Source: Gemmatimonadota bacterium (GTDB lineage: Bacteria > Gemmatimonadota > Gemmatimonadetes > Palauibacterales > Palauibacteraceae). Taken from it: a DNA stretch of 64,000 nucleotides. This document shows, one piece after another, positions 62,726-64,000 of this stretch (its first letter is position 1; each line of letters begins with the position of its first letter). Under the pieces are notes generated by a model. It saw only the letters and a list, made by a program, of their open reading frames with translations. It had not been told where the DNA came from and did no database searches. The position numbers were made by a program, and so were the translations under genes. The stretch spans positions 6,578 to 70,577 of the forward strand of contig JAJDWE010000020.1 of NCBI GenBank assembly GCA_022825725.1. Direction: 5' to 3'.

Positions 62726-64000
62726 TCAGCACGGTCCGCGGAAACGAATCGCCTCGGCGACGTGGTCCTCGGACACGCGGACCCGTCCCTCCAGATCCGC
62801 GATGGTTCGGGAGACGCGAAGCGCGCGGTGGTAGCCTCGGGCCGTCAGGCCGAGATGCGTCACGGCTTTCCTCAGAAGCGAACGGCCGCCGCGGTCGATC
62901 CCGCACGCCTCCTCGAGACGGACGGGCGGGATCCGCGCATTCGTCGTGCCGTGGCGGCGGGCGGCGCGGGCGCGGGCCTTCGACACCCGGGCGCGCACGG
63001 CCGCGCTCGTTTCGCCGGGCGCCGCATCCGCGAGCTGCTCCCAGCGCACGGCGGGAACATCGACGAGCATGTCGATTCGGTCGAGGAGCGGTCCGCTTAC
63101 CCGGCGGCGGTAGCGCCGCACGGCGTCCTCGGGGCAGCGGCAGCGGCCCGGCGCACCCAGGAAGCCGCACGGACAGGGGTTCATCGCGGCCACGAGCGTG
63201 AACTCGGCGGGAAAGCAGGCTGACCCGGCCGCGCGGACGATCCGCACTTGCCCCTCCTCGATCGGCTGGCGCAGCGCCTCCAGCGTACGCCGCCCGAACT
63301 CCGGGAGTTCATCGAGGAAGAGCACGCCGTGATGCGCGAGCGATGCCTCGCCCGGCCGCGGACGGCTCCCGCCGCCGATGAGCCCGGCCTCGCTGATCGA
63401 GTGGTGCGGCGCCCGGAAGGGTCGGGCGCGCCTGAGTCCGGAACCGTCGGCCAGGAGGCCGGCGACGCTGTGGATCGCCGTCACGTCCACCGCCTCCCTT
63501 ACGTCGAGGACGGGGAGGAGGCCGGGGAGACAGCGCGCGAGACTCGTCTTTCCGGAGCCCGGACAGCCCGAGAGGAGGAGGTTGTGCCCTCCGGCGGCCG
63601 CGATCTCCAGCGCCCGCTTGGCGACCGGCTGCCCCTTTACGGCCGACAGGTCGAACGCGTCGTCCTCCGACCCCGGGCCGTTCCTCGCCCGCCCGGCGGG
63701 GGACAGCAGCGCCGCAGGCGCGCGCAACCCGACTTCGCCCTTCAGCGCAGCGAGGATCTGGGTGAGCGACTCCGAGCCGCCGACGGCGACCCCTTCCGCG
63801 GCCGACGCTTCCCGCAGATTCGCGGCCGGCAGGAGGAGACGCGAGACGCGACGGTTCGCGGCCGCAAAGAGGGCGATCGGAAGGGCGCCCCGGACGGAGC
63901 GCAGGGAACCGTCGAGCCCGAGTTCGCCCACGGCCAGCGTCCCCTCGAGGGCTTCCCGGGGGAGGTCCCCCTTCGCGCACAGGATCCCGAGCATGATCGG
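62726..64000 (-). CDS. comM: YifB/ComM-family Mg-chelatase-like AAA+ ATPase (partial, N-terminus beyond window end)
   Basis: Walker A LLSGCPGSGKT, Walker B VLFLDELPEF, and the C-terminal ChlI-like and ComM C-terminal domains. The frame is open at position 64000. Confidence 0.85.
   Translation of the reverse strand, partial: PIMLGILCAKGDLPREALEGTLAVGELGLDGSLRSVRGALPIALFAAANRRVSRLLLPAANLREASAAEGVAVGGSESLTQILAALKGEVGLRAPAALLSPAGRARNGPGSEDDAFDLSAVKGQPVAKRALEIAAAGGHNLLLSGCPGSGKTSLARCLPGLLPVLDVREAVDVTAIHSVAGLLADGSGLRRARPFRAPHHSISEAGLIGGGSRPRPGEASLAHHGVLFLDELPEFGRRTLEALRQPIEEGQVRIVRAAGSACFPAEFTLVAAMNPCPCGFLGAPGRCRCPEDAVRRYRRRVSGPLLDRIDMLVDVPAVRWEQLADAAPGETSAAVRARVSKARARAARRHGTTNARIPPVRLEEACGIDRGGRSLLRKAVTHLGLTARGYHRALRVSRTIADLEGRVRVSEDHVAEAIRFRGPC

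Overview
The window is 64 kb of very GC-rich (about 70%) bacterial chromosome, more than 90% coding. Of roughly 63 genes, all but four (moxR/coxD-like, coxE-like, ybdK, pabA) are on the minus strand, so transcription runs from high to low coordinates. The lineage cannot be fixed from sequence alone. The dcw gene order without ddl, a long FtsZ linker, a large BNR/sortilin-type secreted protein, TonB-ExbB-ExbD-ExbD and a Firmicute-like yggS-divIVA-ileS block would fit a Gemmatimonadota-like or similar high-GC lineage, but that is a guess.

Gene content, read in transcription order (high to low coordinate):
- comM/yifB (partial at the window edge), convergent with pabA on the plus strand.
- thpR, a hypothetical membrane protein, aldh, lepB and a sigma-70 family factor.
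- Translation-apparatus and neighbouring genes rplM, rpsI, rpsB, tsf, pyrH, frr, tilS, hpt, ftsH, folP, cdaA.
- exbB, exbD, exbD, tonB.
- yggS, divIVA, ileS, a dksA/traR-like gene, lspA, rluD.
- A small membrane protein, tRNA-Val, a 1050-aa BNR/sortilin-like secreted protein, a copD-like gene, an M20 amidohydrolase, and a class-III aminotransferase.
- A module on both strands: ybdK, HU, coxG-like divergent from moxR/coxD-like and vWA/coxE-like, and a TPR protein.
- A complete 15-gene dcw cluster, mraZ-rsmH-ftsL-ftsI-murE-murF-mraY-murD-ftsW-murG-murC-murB-ftsQ-ftsA-ftsZ.
- After ftsZ, translationally coupled: an M23 peptidase, a double-TM vWA membrane protein, ftsY and recG.
- The extreme N-terminus of a class-II aminoacyl-tRNA synthetase at the window start.

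No CRISPR array, transposase, integrase or obvious prophage or defence island was found. The long plus-strand ORFs in the six-frame track are shadow frames of the minus-strand genes. Most track ORFs carry spurious N-terminal extensions. Starts were re-placed using conserved N-termini, Shine-Dalgarno context and the stop/start overlaps (ATGA, GTGA, TTGA, TGATG) that run through the whole gene array. Hand-derived coordinates may be off by a few nucleotides.

No single self-contained novel system is visible. The candidates worth follow-up are:
- The ftsZ-coupled M23 peptidase plus vWA-domain membrane protein pair.
- An orphan coxG/coxD/coxE-like maturation module with no dehydrogenase structural genes nearby.
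- The tRNA-headed BNR/copD/amidohydrolase/aminotransferase operon.
- cdaA embedded in the ftsH-folP operon.
- Several precise small-scale sequence features: an MraZ operator, perfect palindromes and hairpins, tandem repeats, and possible non-canonical starts.
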